From a virus (Duplodnaviria > Heunggongvirae > Uroviricota > Caudoviricetes): DNA of 64,000 nucleotides. The position numbers were made by a program, and so were the translations under genes. Below the pieces are notes generated by a model. That model worked only from the letters and a program-made list of their open reading frames with translations. It was not told the origin of the DNA and made no database searches. Shown piece after piece: positions 43,498 to 54,361 of the stretch. The DNA is taken from IMG/VR virus record IMGVR_UViG_3300017585_000052. The stretch is one strand, 5' to 3'. Position 1 is the stretch's first letter, and every line of letters starts with the position of its first letter.

Positions 43498-43806
43498 TTA
43501 ACCATTTACGGTTGCGTTTTCGTCAGTATCAGCAGTAGTGTCCTCTGCGTCAAGCTGACTGATAGTTAATGTTGCATTAACAGGATGTACTTCTGCCGAA
43601 TTAGCAAACGTCACAATAGTATAGTCATTCATAACAGGCGTAACGTCAGGATTATTGCGAAGCAAAACTGCATTAGCGTAATTAACATTGTCGGTGCTAT
43701 ACAGATAAACCTTCAGATAATAACGGCTATCATAATAAAATACATCACCGACTACCAAATCACCAAATAACTTTGCTGGCGTAGCGGAATCAAATACAAT
43801 CTTCAT
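43498..43806 (-). CDS. hypothetical protein
   Basis: Intact ORF. Confidence 0.45.
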   Translation of the reverse strand: MKIVFDSATPAKLFGDLVVGDVFYYDSRYYLKVYLYSTDNVNYANAVLLRNNPDVTPVMNDYTIVTFANSAEVHPVNATLTISQLDAEDTTADTDENATVNG

Positions 43807-43999
43807 TCTTGTGTCTCCTTATATCGTCATAATCTAAATGACAAGGTTCTGCATTGGGATTTTCAAAACGCTTGCCACATACGGGGCATTTTGTAATATT
43901 TACTGGTTGTTCCAACCAATTAGCATCGCCGCAATAGGAGCAAGACCAGTAAACAAACTTATCAAATTTCTTTACAATAAAAGCCATATTAGTCTCCAT
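43790..43999 (-). CDS. zinc-finger small protein
   Basis: CSYCG...CPVCG motif. Confidence 0.4.
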   Translation of the reverse strand: METNMAFIVKKFDKFVYWSCSYCGDANWLEQPVNITKCPVCGKRFENPNAEPCHLDYDDIRRHKNEDCI

Positions 44000-44210
44000 C
44001 TACCATAACTTTTAACGCTGATTCTAAACTGAATACCCAATCTGCATTATACGTTTTCGGGTCTTCATCCTCACCACAACCAGCCTCCACAAATATATCG
44101 TTCTTCTTGTCGTAAACATAAAAGGCTCCAATTTCACCCCCGAGCCAGACCAATTCTTTGTCACACAAAGAACGCTTATCGTTTATCATTAGATTATACA
44201 TTATTGCCAC
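43989..44210 (-). CDS. hypothetical protein
   Basis: Intact ORF. Confidence 0.4.
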   Translation of the reverse strand: MAIMYNLMINDKRSLCDKELVWLGGEIGAFYVYDKKNDIFVEAGCGEDEDPKTYNADWVFSLESALKVMVDGD

Positions 44211-44994
44211 CTATTCCATATTTTAATCCAAGACCAAGTGTATATAATCTTTCAGGCGAATAACTCTTATCAGTGGCTTTAATACTACGCAATATGGGTC
44301 TTTCCCAAATGCACATGAAATCCTCTGGCATATTCTGTTCGCAACACAATACTATATTATTTACTGATAGCTTACGGCAAATCTCATAATATTTCTCGTA
44401 ATCGAAATCTTTGGAATTGGCGTACTGTTTCACATCTTTATAAGGCGGGTCAAATAAAAAAACAAAACCAGAATACAAATCAATGTTCTGTTCATTGAAA
44501 TCTAAAAAGAAATCACGAGTCGCAAACAAAATTCCTTTTAGATTTTCTGCCTGTGATTCAATATTGCGCTTTGCTTCTTGATAGTAATTTCTTATTCTAT
44601 CACCTTTTGGAGTATGCTCAATCCCAGTCTTAGCATAACCGCCGTCAAAGAATCTGCCATTATATGACGCGAGAAACCCTACTATCCCGATATATGCGTC
44701 ACTGTACTTCCCATCATCTAAATAGCAATGTTCTCTTACGTCATCATATACAGATTTAGGAATCTCATTTGGAAGTGGTAATCCAGCAGCTACATGATTT
44801 AATAGCCCAATAAGATATTTATTGCTATCAAATGCCCATCTGTTTTGACATTTAATTTTCTCGATTACCGAACAGCTACCGCAAAACGGTTCTTCATAAT
44901 TTACAGCGCCAGTTTCGTCAATATACTGCTGGATTATTGGAACGATGTATTTACATATTCGTTCTTTGCTACCCATGTACTTCATTCGTCCCAA
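44194..44994 (-). CDS. dam: Dam-family N6-adenine DNA methyltransferase
   Basis: N-terminal KYMGSK and motif IV FLFDPPYKD. Confidence 0.75.
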   Translation of the reverse strand: MGRMKYMGSKERICKYIVPIIQQYIDETGAVNYEEPFCGSCSVIEKIKCQNRWAFDSNKYLIGLLNHVAAGLPLPNEIPKSVYDDVREHCYLDDGKYSDAYIGIVGFLASYNGRFFDGGYAKTGIEHTPKGDRIRNYYQEAKRNIESQAENLKGILFATRDFFLDFNEQNIDLYSGFVFLFDPPYKDVKQYANSKDFDYEKYYEICRKLSVNNIVLCCEQNMPEDFMCIWERPILRSIKATDKSYSPERLYTLGLGLKYGIGGNNV

Positions 44995-45296
44995 TACTCC
45001 CTATTAAAGTCAGATTCTTCTTGCCTATTAAGACCTGAGATTGTCATTTTCTTAATTGAAGAAGTCGGCAGTTTAGCAACAAGTTTCCAAGTAAATTTCG
45101 TTTTAGATGTATATTCCTTGCAATAGCAATACCATCTTTGCTCCGATGACTTAAATGCTACCATATCAAAAACATTCCAGCGAGATTCTTCAACCTTGCG
45201 AAATGTCTCAACTCTGATTGACGTATGGTCGCGCAGAAAGTAGAAATCAAAACCATTCTTGCCTTGGAAAACCTTGAAAGCCAAATTACTCACCAC
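44982..45296 (-). CDS. hypothetical protein
   Basis: Intact ORF. Confidence 0.45.
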   Translation of the reverse strand: MVSNLAFKVFQGKNGFDFYFLRDHTSIRVETFRKVEESRWNVFDMVAFKSSEQRWYCYCKEYTSKTKFTWKLVAKLPTSSIKKMTISGLNRQEESDFNREYWDE

Positions 45297-45802
45297 CTAA
45301 TCGGTTCCATACCATTTTTCATTAGATATTCGTTTGCCACTGCGAAATGATTATTACCAAAGAACCCACGTCTTGCTGAAAACGGGGAGGGATGCGCAGA
45401 CTGTAACACAATATGGTTTGGGTTTGTAACATACTCCCTAAGTTGCTGCGCGTTCTTTCCCCATAACATATAAACAATAGGTTGCATTTGTTCCTCTATT
45501 CTGTAAATTACATTAGAGGTAAAACGCTCCCAACCGTGTCCAAAATGTGATAGAGATTGACCCGCTCTTACCGTCATGGTTCTGTTTAACAGAAATACGC
45601 CTTGCATAGCCCAACGAGTTAAGTCATTAGACCAATCATCACGCAATACATTTTCCGAATCCAATTCTTTATGTATATTAACTAATGACGGTGGAGCCTT
45701 AGTAAGCTCTGGAACTGAGAAACATAAACCCATCGCTTGATTTGGATTTATATAGCAATCCTGTCCAACTATAACGACCTTTATCTGTGAAAGTGGTGTC
45801 AT
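45290..45802 (-). CDS. ung: uracil-DNA glycosylase (family 1)
   Basis: VIVGQDCY (GQDPY-like) and HPSPFS motifs. Confidence 0.8.
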   Translation of the reverse strand: MTPLSQIKVVIVGQDCYINPNQAMGLCFSVPELTKAPPSLVNIHKELDSENVLRDDWSNDLTRWAMQGVFLLNRTMTVRAGQSLSHFGHGWERFTSNVIYRIEEQMQPIVYMLWGKNAQQLREYVTNPNHIVLQSAHPSPFSARRGFFGNNHFAVANEYLMKNGMEPIRW

Positions 45803-45986
45803 TTTGAACGCATAGAAAATTTCGTCTGCTGGCGGGTATATTGTTTGAGTTTGATATTCCCAAGCGAGAAATTGTCTTAGGTCTTTGTAATAATCTTTAG
45901 ACTGTTCCTAATCTAAAAACTCTTGCCAGTCGTTTCCTACATTGATAATCTTCCATCACACCTCTCTTATTCGCCTTTCTGGTAAA

Positions 45987-46015
45987 ATTATACCACAAAC
46001 CAGAGGATTTGTCAA
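45987..46015 (-). promoter_or_regulatory. sigma70-type consensus promoter
   Basis: Minus orientation: TTGACA, 17 nt, TATAAT with extended -10 TGgTATAAT. Confidence 0.55.
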
Positions 46016-46040
46016 GTGGTTTGTGGTAATTTTTCAAAAT

Positions 46041-46415
46041 TTATTTCGCTTCTGGCAGGGGGTACTTAGCCATGATAGTCTCCAAGATTGTGTTATACAC
46101 ATCTTTGGCCTCTGGGGACAAGCCCTCTACACGGGTCTTTACATCGTCCTCTGCCCCTTGAATGGTCTTGCGATAAGTCTTATCTTGAAGCAGATACCCT
46201 TCAAGCTCCCACAGCTTATTTTCTGCGTGTTCCCGACAGGTCTTGCGGCCTATTTCAATATCAAAATTAGCTGGGTCTACACACGCGCTGGATTCAACCA
46301 TAACGAACCCGTTCTTGAATTGGTATGCCACAATTAAGCATTTATCAAATATAACAACCTCACGGGTGTCTGCTGAATCTAACAAAGAGTTGATTTGTTC
46401 TTGTGTTACTGTCAT
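46041..46415 (-). CDS. hypothetical protein
   Basis: Intact ORF. Confidence 0.45.
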   Translation of the reverse strand: MTVTQEQINSLLDSADTREVVIFDKCLIVAYQFKNGFVMVESSACVDPANFDIEIGRKTCREHAENKLWELEGYLLQDKTYRKTIQGAEDDVKTRVEGLSPEAKDVYNTILETIMAKYPLPEAK

Positions 46416-47104
46416 AGCCTATCCCTTTCGTATATTAGATTTTCGAGTAGTGCAAGTGATGACAAATCAAATATATTATGTCTATCCAATTTAACCACGC
46501 CTGTCCACTCAACAAAACCGTTTAATCCTTTATCGTCAGAAGTAATAGCAATATCGCTCATTTCAAGATATGAATATTCTACCTTGCTGTTACCCCATAT
46601 GACCTTACATCCACGGTCATGGAGAATATCAATCAGGTCTGCTATATGTCTATCTTCGCAAGCGATATAAACCGTTTTCCCTTTTAGATTTATATTGTTG
46701 TTATCAAAATATTCGACAATACCTTTTGCCATAGGATTTATGTAAGATGACATTGAGGTAAGAGCAGCTATATCCTGAATAGGAGAAAGATAATCTAAAA
46801 GGAATTTTACACGTTCGTGCATATTGATAAATATAACACCAGTAGCAATAGTATCTTGCGTCCAATTTAACATTTCCATTAAATCATCAAGGTCTTTTTC
46901 TGCCAAATCTAGAGGATAGGTATAGGAAACCATTTTAATTTCTAATGCTCCGCATAGAGTTTCCAGACGTTCGAGCATACTCTTTTCTTTATCGTTAAAG
47001 TTAAATACTACTAATGTCCTATTATGTAAATTATATTTGTTTACATAATCTTTCATCCTTATAAACTCAGGAAGAAAATATTTATTATATAACTCCATAG
47101 GCAT
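46412..47104 (-). CDS. hypothetical protein
   Basis: Intact ORF. Confidence 0.5.
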   Translation of the reverse strand: MPMELYNKYFLPEFIRMKDYVNKYNLHNRTLVVFNFNDKEKSMLERLETLCGALEIKMVSYTYPLDLAEKDLDDLMEMLNWTQDTIATGVIFINMHERVKFLLDYLSPIQDIAALTSMSSYINPMAKGIVEYFDNNNINLKGKTVYIACEDRHIADLIDILHDRGCKVIWGNSKVEYSYLEMSDIAITSDDKGLNGFVEWTGVVKLDRHNIFDLSSLALLENLIYERDRL

Positions 47105-47107
47105 TAC

Positions 47108-47260
47108 CCGTAATTCTTGTCTGTGATTGCTATATATTCGTCTGCTGTATCAATGAATAAATCTTCTTGAATAACTTCCGAAGCATAATTTAACATGGAG
47201 ATTACTAACGGGAAATCCTCGCAGTTATTGTCAACAGCCCAATCATAAAGTTCTTCAATA
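47108..47260 (-). CDS. small hypothetical protein (53 aa)
   Basis: Not in the ORF track (under 60 aa). TAA overlaps the downstream ATG (TAATG). Confidence 0.3.
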
Positions 47261-47264
47261 GTCA

Positions 47265-47831
47265 TTACTGTGTCACCTTGTCCGTACTTCCGAAACCACC
47301 GTTACGAGTAGAACGGAGTGGACGGTCATTATCGACCTTTAGATAATTCAGGAAAATTCCCTGTGCAAAACGCTCACCAGCAACGACACGGAAAACATCA
47401 AGGTTGTGATTCTCAATTCTGACTTTGATAAAGATATGGCCTTCATTATCGGACTTATAGTAATCGCTGTCTATTACTCCTAAAGTGCCTGACAATCTAA
47501 GATAATGCTTACTTCCAAGCCCAGACCGAGGAACGATAACCAGACAAACATTTTCATCCATAATAGCCCTAATGCCAGTGGGAATCATAATTTCGGTAGG
47601 ACGAGGCTCGTACCCACAAGTCTTATCTCCAATAATAACCTCTGAACGGTTATCAAGTTCCCAATCAAAAGGCGAGAAGAAATCATATCCGCACGAACCA
47701 GAGGTTGCCCTCTTGGGTAGCTTTAGGTTATTATACATAGGCTTAATATATTTTTCCTCAATCTCATCACCGTAGATTGCCTTATAATCTTTAAGAAATT
47801 GCTCGTAGCTGACCTTTTCAAACTTAATCAT
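47265..47831 (-). CDS. dut: dUTP diphosphatase
   Basis: Motifs ATSGSCGYDF, PRSGLG, GVIDSDY and R.GGFGSTD. Confidence 0.85.
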   Translation of the reverse strand: MIKFEKVSYEQFLKDYKAIYGDEIEEKYIKPMYNNLKLPKRATSGSCGYDFFSPFDWELDNRSEVIIGDKTCGYEPRPTEIMIPTGIRAIMDENVCLVIVPRSGLGSKHYLRLSGTLGVIDSDYYKSDNEGHIFIKVRIENHNLDVFRVVAGERFAQGIFLNYLKVDNDRPLRSTRNGGFGSTDKVTQ

Positions 47832-48339
47832 AATCTTTACTCCTTAGATATGTAACAAAACCCTTTGCTTTACGGTCAAGCGCATCTAAATCAGAATCAT
47901 TATTTAATGTGAAATCATAGTTGTTATAGCTTGCAACATATTTATCAGAGTCGTTGCTAACAATTTGTGTATTGCCAGCACGACTAACAAATACGCTTAA
48001 CGCACTAAAATCTTTGACCGCTCTGCTTATTTCTTCTGGTTCACGAATATGTATGAAAAGTAACTCATTGTCACTTTTGCGGAAATCTCTCACGGTCTCT
48101 TTGACTTTTTTATAAGGAATATCGTCTAAATAAGCCATTAGACGTTTTAGCTCTGACAGAAACAGTCTGCTCTTGTCAGTTTTCTTCCCGTCCCAGCCAG
48201 CATATTCAGCAACGTCCTTAACAAAATCAATAGAAGAAAAGTTTACTACTTTAGCGTAGTTACCACAGAGATTTACGAATGTATCTTTGCCACTTTGAGG
48301 CAAACCATTGATTATAATAACTCTTTTAATATGTATCAC
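47824..48339 (-). CDS. P-loop kinase, putative dNMP kinase
   Basis: Walker A GLPQSGKDT at the N-terminus, size about 170 aa, context next to dut. Confidence 0.5.
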   Translation of the reverse strand: MIHIKRVIIINGLPQSGKDTFVNLCGNYAKVVNFSSIDFVKDVAEYAGWDGKKTDKSRLFLSELKRLMAYLDDIPYKKVKETVRDFRKSDNELLFIHIREPEEISRAVKDFSALSVFVSRAGNTQIVSNDSDKYVASYNNYDFTLNNDSDLDALDRKAKGFVTYLRSKDYD

Positions 48340-48590
48340 TCCACGAGAATCAAATCATCAACATAGAATAACCACTTAGGAACTGTTTCATCTTCCTCTA
48401 ATTCGTACATCATTCCAGTTGCCTTAGTTCCAGCCTTTGCGTCTTTAGCTGTGAAAATTTCATCCTTATGAGACTTAACGAACTTGCGGAATCTGTTGGA
48501 GGTTTTAGTAGCCAGAATCTTTTCTGCGTTCAGTTTTACCTGTTTACTATCAAGATTCTGACTATTCTCCCAAGTAACTGTAAAAGACAT
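48336..48590 (-). CDS. hypothetical protein
   Basis: Intact ORF. Confidence 0.45.
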   Translation of the reverse strand: MSFTVTWENSQNLDSKQVKLNAEKILATKTSNRFRKFVKSHKDEIFTAKDAKAGTKATGMMYELEEDETVPKWLFYVDDLILVE

Positions 48591-48592
48591 TA

Positions 48593-51500
48593 TTACACCT
48601 CTACTTCGTATTTGGTTACATAGAAGTAACCCTTTTTGTTTTTATACCAATCTAAGATATGGATTATATCAATAGATTCTTCGGCCATTTTGAATGGTTG
48701 TTTCTTATAAATCTTGTAAGGTATCGTATATTCTGTACGCTTACCACTGCCAACTGACTGTCCAGTAATTACACAAGCCCAAGGCTGTTTATCCTCTTTA
48801 GATTTCAGTATACGCTTGTCTATTACTATAATTCTTGGTCTATCTTCTTGTTTGCCAGTCTTTAGCGAGATACTGCCAGTAAAATCAAGTTGGTTCTTTA
48901 TCTGGTCTTTAACGGGCAAGTCTGGCAATCTAAGAGAACGCAAATATGCTTCACATTCATCAATCAGCCCTCTAAGGTCAGTTATTGTCCAACTCTTAGC
49001 TTCTTTACCGTTCTTAGTTAATCCTGTTGCATGACGAGAAATAAGAGCCGTTAATATTTCATCATTAGCATATTTATCTTTCTTTATGCTTTTAGCTTGC
49101 CTTTCTTCTCCAACTTTGAACTCATTAAAAATCTTTATGATTTGTAACAATTCTCTTTGAGTACCGAACTCTTTGAAGTAATCCAGCTTAACAAGAATAT
49201 CTAATTGACGGGCATTGATACTGGTTTTGTTATAAACATCTAAAAGGCAGTCAACAAATGTGTTATATTGATTATCCTTTAGTGCGTACAGTTCGTTCGC
49301 CACTGCACTATTTAAGAACTTGACTGATTCAATTCCTTTATAGATTGAATTAGTTGCCTTATCGAAGAAATATTCCGACTTGGAATATCTAAAACGAGGG
49401 GGCATCATTCTTACTTTGAGTTCACCAGCAAGAATTTCTCCATTTACGAAATCTTCTTCCGTTTTGGAACAATTAAAGAACGCTGTCAAAAATTCCAACG
49501 GATAGTAGTGCCTGTAATATCCGCACAAATATCCGAGCAAGCAGTAGCCTACGCTATGGTTGTAACCAAACTGATAGGACGAACTATCTTCGATAATTTG
49601 TAAGAACTCTTTGGCTTCTTGCTCTGCTACATCACGAGATTTATCAGACTTAGCGCAATATCCGTCAAGAATCTTAGGGATGGCTTCTTGCAATTTCTTT
49701 GCATCCTTATGACCAATAGCACGGCGAACTGTGTCTGCCTCACTTCCACTGAAACCACAAATATCTTGCAAAAACTTAATGGTGTCCTCTTGATAAACCA
49801 GATAACCTAAGTTATCTTTTAGCATATCATCAATAATTTTTGATGGATTTTTGTGTTGAACTCTCGCAATTAGATTATCACGATAGCTTGCGCCAGACGG
49901 TCTAATACAAGCCGTAACAAGTGACATATCCTCTATTGAATTTGTTCCAAACTTCTTTAATAGCGAGAAAGCAAAACTTTCTTCAAATTGGAATATACCG
50001 ATAGGAGATTTCTTTATGCCGTCCCATACTTCTCTGTCGTTCCAATCAATTTCATAGGATTTAGGAAAATGAGTGCCTATGTATTCTGTACATTTTTTTA
50101 TAATTCCAATATTTCTTAACCCAAGAATATCATATTTTGCCAATCCGACATCGTGCGAATTATCCATGTCAAGACATAGTATCTGCATATCGTCTTTAAT
50201 CAAAGTACCGTAATTGTCAGATAATGTAATTGGCGAAATTATCATTCCAGCGGGGTGCATTGATTGAGATTGATATGTCCCTACAAGACCATCGAAATAA
50301 TAGAAAATATCTGGATGATTTATTTTGCAAGTTTCAGGGTCTGAATCATATTCCTTTTTAATCTTTGCTATGATACTCAAAGAATATGGATTATTGTTGT
50401 TTCCAAAATGCTCTTTCTCCCATCTTTTTGCCAACGAACCGCCGATAACGTCTATCGTAGCCTTATCCGCTATTGTGCCAAGCGCAAGAACGTAAGCCGT
50501 CTTTTCTTTCCCAAACGTGTCGATTATATGCTGATACACTATTGGTCTATCATCTTCAAAGAGGTCAACATCGATGTCCCCGATTTCCACACGGTTTTCA
50601 TTACAGAAACGAGAGAACACTGTATGCCACTGCACTGGATTAAGGTCTGTTATATCTGTTACATAGGCTACGCATGAGCCGCCACAACTTCCCCTGCTTG
50701 GCCCAACGGCTATACCATTCGCTTTACACCACCCAATAATTTCTGACATTGACAACATGAATGTACACATATTTACTTTCTTAAATACGCGAATTTCTTC
50801 ATCAAGTCTTGTCTCAAACTCAGCTTTCTGAGACATTGGGATAACGCCAGAATTTATCTTGTCATCAAACATAGACCAAACGCGCTTAACGAACTTATCT
50901 TCCGCGCCTTCGCCCATGTATGGATATTTTGTAGACTTATCAAGGTTTGGGTCATTTACACAATCAGCAACAACATTAGTATATACAAGCGCGTCACTTA
51001 TCTGTGTGTCACTTAACACTCCTTGGCGTTTGAACATATCAAATATCTCATCATAACTGTGATACGACAAATCGAAATCGTCTTCGTCAGCGTATGTAGC
51101 ACCCTTATATTCCTTAAATATCTGCCTACATTCGGCCTTATAATTATTTAAGTTGTGTACGTCAGTTCCACAGATAAGAGGCTTGTCATACTTCTTAGAC
51201 AGACTAATCAAATACTCATTAAATTCTGCTTGGTCTTGGCTCATATAATGAGGCTGAACCTCAAAGAATGAGTATTTTTTACAAAGTAAATCATACCACG
51301 CAAGATGCTCTTGGTGTGCCTCTTGTCCACATTCTTCAAGAATTTCTTGTCCAATTCTATCAAAGTTATGTTTATTGATTGGAGAAGCAAGACAAGCAGA
51401 GGTCGTGATTACATTATCAGACAAACCTAAAAATTCTTCAAAGCTAATTCTTGGTTTATAATATTGATGGGCATTATCTGACGAGATTGAAACAAGACTA

Positions 51501-51817
51501 TTTATTTCCCTTATTCCATTTAGATTTTTGGCTAAAAGAATTGTATGGTAGTTATCACGTATTCTAAATGTAGAACCGTCTGGCTTTGTATGTTCTAACT
51601 TTTCCGTCAGATAACACTCAACGCCATGAATATATTTCAATCCAGCGGTATTGCAAGCGACTTTTTTCTCAACCCAATTATAGATGACACCATGTTCTGT
51701 ACTTGCAAGTGCCTCTTGCCCTAATTCTGCGGCGCGTTGTACATAGTCCTGAAACTTTGTACATGAATCTAACAACGATAAATCTGAATGTATATGCGTT
51801 TGTACATAATTTGGCAT
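48593..51817 (-). CDS. dnaE: DnaE-type DNA polymerase III alpha subunit-like replicase (PHP domain)
   Basis: N-terminus THIHSDLSLLDS is a PHP metal-binding motif; 1074 aa. Confidence 0.75.
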   Translation of the reverse strand: MPNYVQTHIHSDLSLLDSCTKFQDYVQRAAELGQEALASTEHGVIYNWVEKKVACNTAGLKYIHGVECYLTEKLEHTKPDGSTFRIRDNYHTILLAKNLNGIREINSLVSISSDNAHQYYKPRISFEEFLGLSDNVITTSACLASPINKHNFDRIGQEILEECGQEAHQEHLAWYDLLCKKYSFFEVQPHYMSQDQAEFNEYLISLSKKYDKPLICGTDVHNLNNYKAECRQIFKEYKGATYADEDDFDLSYHSYDEIFDMFKRQGVLSDTQISDALVYTNVVADCVNDPNLDKSTKYPYMGEGAEDKFVKRVWSMFDDKINSGVIPMSQKAEFETRLDEEIRVFKKVNMCTFMLSMSEIIGWCKANGIAVGPSRGSCGGSCVAYVTDITDLNPVQWHTVFSRFCNENRVEIGDIDVDLFEDDRPIVYQHIIDTFGKEKTAYVLALGTIADKATIDVIGGSLAKRWEKEHFGNNNNPYSLSIIAKIKKEYDSDPETCKINHPDIFYYFDGLVGTYQSQSMHPAGMIISPITLSDNYGTLIKDDMQILCLDMDNSHDVGLAKYDILGLRNIGIIKKCTEYIGTHFPKSYEIDWNDREVWDGIKKSPIGIFQFEESFAFSLLKKFGTNSIEDMSLVTACIRPSGASYRDNLIARVQHKNPSKIIDDMLKDNLGYLVYQEDTIKFLQDICGFSGSEADTVRRAIGHKDAKKLQEAIPKILDGYCAKSDKSRDVAEQEAKEFLQIIEDSSSYQFGYNHSVGYCLLGYLCGYYRHYYPLEFLTAFFNCSKTEEDFVNGEILAGELKVRMMPPRFRYSKSEYFFDKATNSIYKGIESVKFLNSAVANELYALKDNQYNTFVDCLLDVYNKTSINARQLDILVKLDYFKEFGTQRELLQIIKIFNEFKVGEERQAKSIKKDKYANDEILTALISRHATGLTKNGKEAKSWTITDLRGLIDECEAYLRSLRLPDLPVKDQIKNQLDFTGSISLKTGKQEDRPRIIVIDKRILKSKEDKQPWACVITGQSVGSGKRTEYTIPYKIYKKQPFKMAEESIDIIHILDWYKNKKGYFYVTKYEVEV

Positions 51818-51826
51818 CTCATCACC

Positions 51827-53821
51827 TCAGTATGGTGTTGCTTCATTTCTCGCTCTATCAATATCCAGCTCTCTATGTCCAACAATTAGACCACCGTTGT
51901 ACTGTTCGCTGGAATATCTAATAGAACCATCATCCCACGAATATTTCTTAAAGGGGTCATCTGAGTGTCCACGCAGTCTACGAGTAACCTTGTCATAGTA
52001 CAATCCAGAATAGCTACCAGCACGAGCCAGTGGCCTATCTTTTAGAACACATAGCTCTCTGTCGAAACCCATCTCCATAATATCTTGGTCGAATGGTTTT
52101 TCAATACTAAACAATCTATCGCAGAGATTCCCAACATTTGCCGACCCAGCAATGTCTTGCTGCGTCAATGGCTGACTTACGCCAACCGCGCCCTTTCTCG
52201 GATGAACTATCAAACTTGTTGTGATTCCATAGTTCTTTGTAAAGTTAATCAACTTGTTAAACCATTCAACAAGTCTGCCAGAAGTTTCAGATTCAGAAGC
52301 TCCGTTAAAATTTAGACACATTAGATTATCAATTATATAAACTGTCGTGCCACATCTCTTGTAGGAATACTTCATTTTCTCAATAAGAGAATCTGGATTT
52401 GTAAGCAGCAAATTATCATAAAGGTAAACCTTGCCTCGATAATATTCTGCTATCGCTTGTTTAGCCTCATTAGTTGGTTTATAATAATGGAAACCACTAC
52501 GCGAAACATACTCAACCATGTGCTCACGCGAACAAAGCTGGCTTACAAGCCAATCTTTTGTCTGTGAGGGCTGAGATTCCATGCTTACCCAGAACACTTT
52601 CTTCCCGTGTTCAATAGCTTCTGCCGCTACTATCTGTGACACTAAACTTGATTTACCGAGTCCACTCTTTCCTAAGAAAAGATTGAGCGTTGACGGTACA
52701 AGTCCATAAATCTGCGAATCAAAATCTTTTAGGCCAGTAGGTGTGTAATCAACTTCCAGAATGTTAAAATCTGGCGCATCGAAAATATCAATAAGGCTTT
52801 CCAAAGGAATTTCTTCCGCATTATTGATAAGGCTTAATACTCTTGCCGCCCCACAAGCCAATAACACATTATTTGCATCTGTCTTATGTATATCTAAAGT
52901 AGAATTACCAGTAGCGTTTTGATAATACAGCTTTACAGCTTCTTCATCTTCTTCTGCTGGCTTAACAATCTTGCACCGATACTCACCAAGACGCTGCACC
53001 ACTTTAGATAGACCATTCTGTCCAGCCTCGTCATTATCATACCAGAGAATTAGTTCCTCGCACTGGTCTATAAACTGATAACACAACTCAATCCAATTCA
53101 AATCCTCTGCGCCAGACGGAATACTGACAACATTTGTAAATCCAGCTTCAATTACCGCTAAAGTGTCATTCATGCCTTCTGTTACCAACAAAGGTTTTGT
53201 TGGGTCAACCTTGTTAATGTTATACAACATCGGGCAAGTGCTTGCATCTTTCTGGTAAAAATATTTTGCTTCACCGGGTCTGATTGCGTGAGAGGGGCGA
53301 TATTTCACAGTTACGAGTCTACCGTTAATATCATGGAAATTATATACGACATTATTGTGAGCGTCAGAACCAATTCCAGCATAACGGCAAGTACGTTCTG
53401 AAATACCACGCTTTGCCATATATGCAATCACCGTATCGTTTGCTGGCTGTTCTTCGTGCGGATATATGTAATTCTTGAAATAGTCTTTAGATTCATTACT
53501 ATTAAAGTTGAATAATGACGGTTCATATTCAACCCCCGTTTCATCTAAAAGACGCTTGACAGATTTTAGGTAAGGTTCATTGTATTTGTACATATAATAA
53601 TCCAAAATACCGAAAACCTTGCCAGTAGAGAAATCTTTGAAGTAGTAATTGCGTTTCTCCCACATCATAGAGGGAGTATTATCATTCTGATTAAAAATAG
53701 ATTTGGCAGAGCCGCGCTCTGGATTCCACTGTTCAAGCGGGTAGCCCTCTGCGATAATTTCTGCCTGTCTATCACCGAGTTTTTCCTTTGCTTCAATAAT
53801 CTTATCTAACAACTGGCTCAT
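51827..53821 (-). CDS. primase-helicase (TOPRIM + DnaB-like)
   Basis: TOPRIM region LVTEGMNDTLA...WYDNDEAGQ. Walker A GKSGLGKSS in the C-terminal helicase domain. Confidence 0.8.
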   Translation of the reverse strand: MSQLLDKIIEAKEKLGDRQAEIIAEGYPLEQWNPERGSAKSIFNQNDNTPSMMWEKRNYYFKDFSTGKVFGILDYYMYKYNEPYLKSVKRLLDETGVEYEPSLFNFNSNESKDYFKNYIYPHEEQPANDTVIAYMAKRGISERTCRYAGIGSDAHNNVVYNFHDINGRLVTVKYRPSHAIRPGEAKYFYQKDASTCPMLYNINKVDPTKPLLVTEGMNDTLAVIEAGFTNVVSIPSGAEDLNWIELCYQFIDQCEELILWYDNDEAGQNGLSKVVQRLGEYRCKIVKPAEEDEEAVKLYYQNATGNSTLDIHKTDANNVLLACGAARVLSLINNAEEIPLESLIDIFDAPDFNILEVDYTPTGLKDFDSQIYGLVPSTLNLFLGKSGLGKSSLVSQIVAAEAIEHGKKVFWVSMESQPSQTKDWLVSQLCSREHMVEYVSRSGFHYYKPTNEAKQAIAEYYRGKVYLYDNLLLTNPDSLIEKMKYSYKRCGTTVYIIDNLMCLNFNGASESETSGRLVEWFNKLINFTKNYGITTSLIVHPRKGAVGVSQPLTQQDIAGSANVGNLCDRLFSIEKPFDQDIMEMGFDRELCVLKDRPLARAGSYSGLYYDKVTRRLRGHSDDPFKKYSWDDGSIRYSSEQYNGGLIVGHRELDIDRARNEATPY

Positions 53822-53833
53822 GCCAAAATCCCC

Positions 53834-54361
53834 TTAACTATTTAACTGTCCATAAGGACATGAGTGTCTAAAATCACAGAAGTTGTTACAGAAGAAATTA
53901 AAACTGTCATCAACATCTGTAATGGGTTCAAATTCAAATTCGTCATTGATATTCTCAACTTCTTCTTCGACCCATTTCAATACTTCTTTTAGCCTATTTT
54001 CATCAAAGTTTACCCAAGTCCATTTATCAATTCTAAACATATAGAAAGCCATCTTAGCGGGGTAAACTCCATATAATTGCTTAACAGCCCAAGCATAGAA
54101 ATATAATTGCTTCTCATACTTTAGGCGTTCCTTTTTAGATTTCCAATTTCCTTTAGATTTGTAATCAACCACCAGAAGTCCGTCATTATCTTGTGCAACA
54201 ACGTCAATTTGTCCATTTAGATTATATTCTTCATTATATGGTAAATCGAACCGTAGTTCTGTTTCAAGAATCTTAAACGGAAATCCTTGGAATGTCTCAA
54301 AGAACTTCAATCCCTTTTCATAATAGGAATCTCCCATATATTTGCCAAATGTAGGAGCCAT
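53834..54361 (-). CDS. Cas4/RecB-like PD-(D/E)XK exonuclease
   Basis: D..VVDYKSK core plus a C-terminal 4-Cys cluster CNNFCDFRHSC. Confidence 0.65.
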   Translation of the reverse strand: MAPTFGKYMGDSYYEKGLKFFETFQGFPFKILETELRFDLPYNEEYNLNGQIDVVAQDNDGLLVVDYKSKGNWKSKKERLKYEKQLYFYAWAVKQLYGVYPAKMAFYMFRIDKWTWVNFDENRLKEVLKWVEEEVENINDEFEFEPITDVDDSFNFFCNNFCDFRHSCPYGQLNS

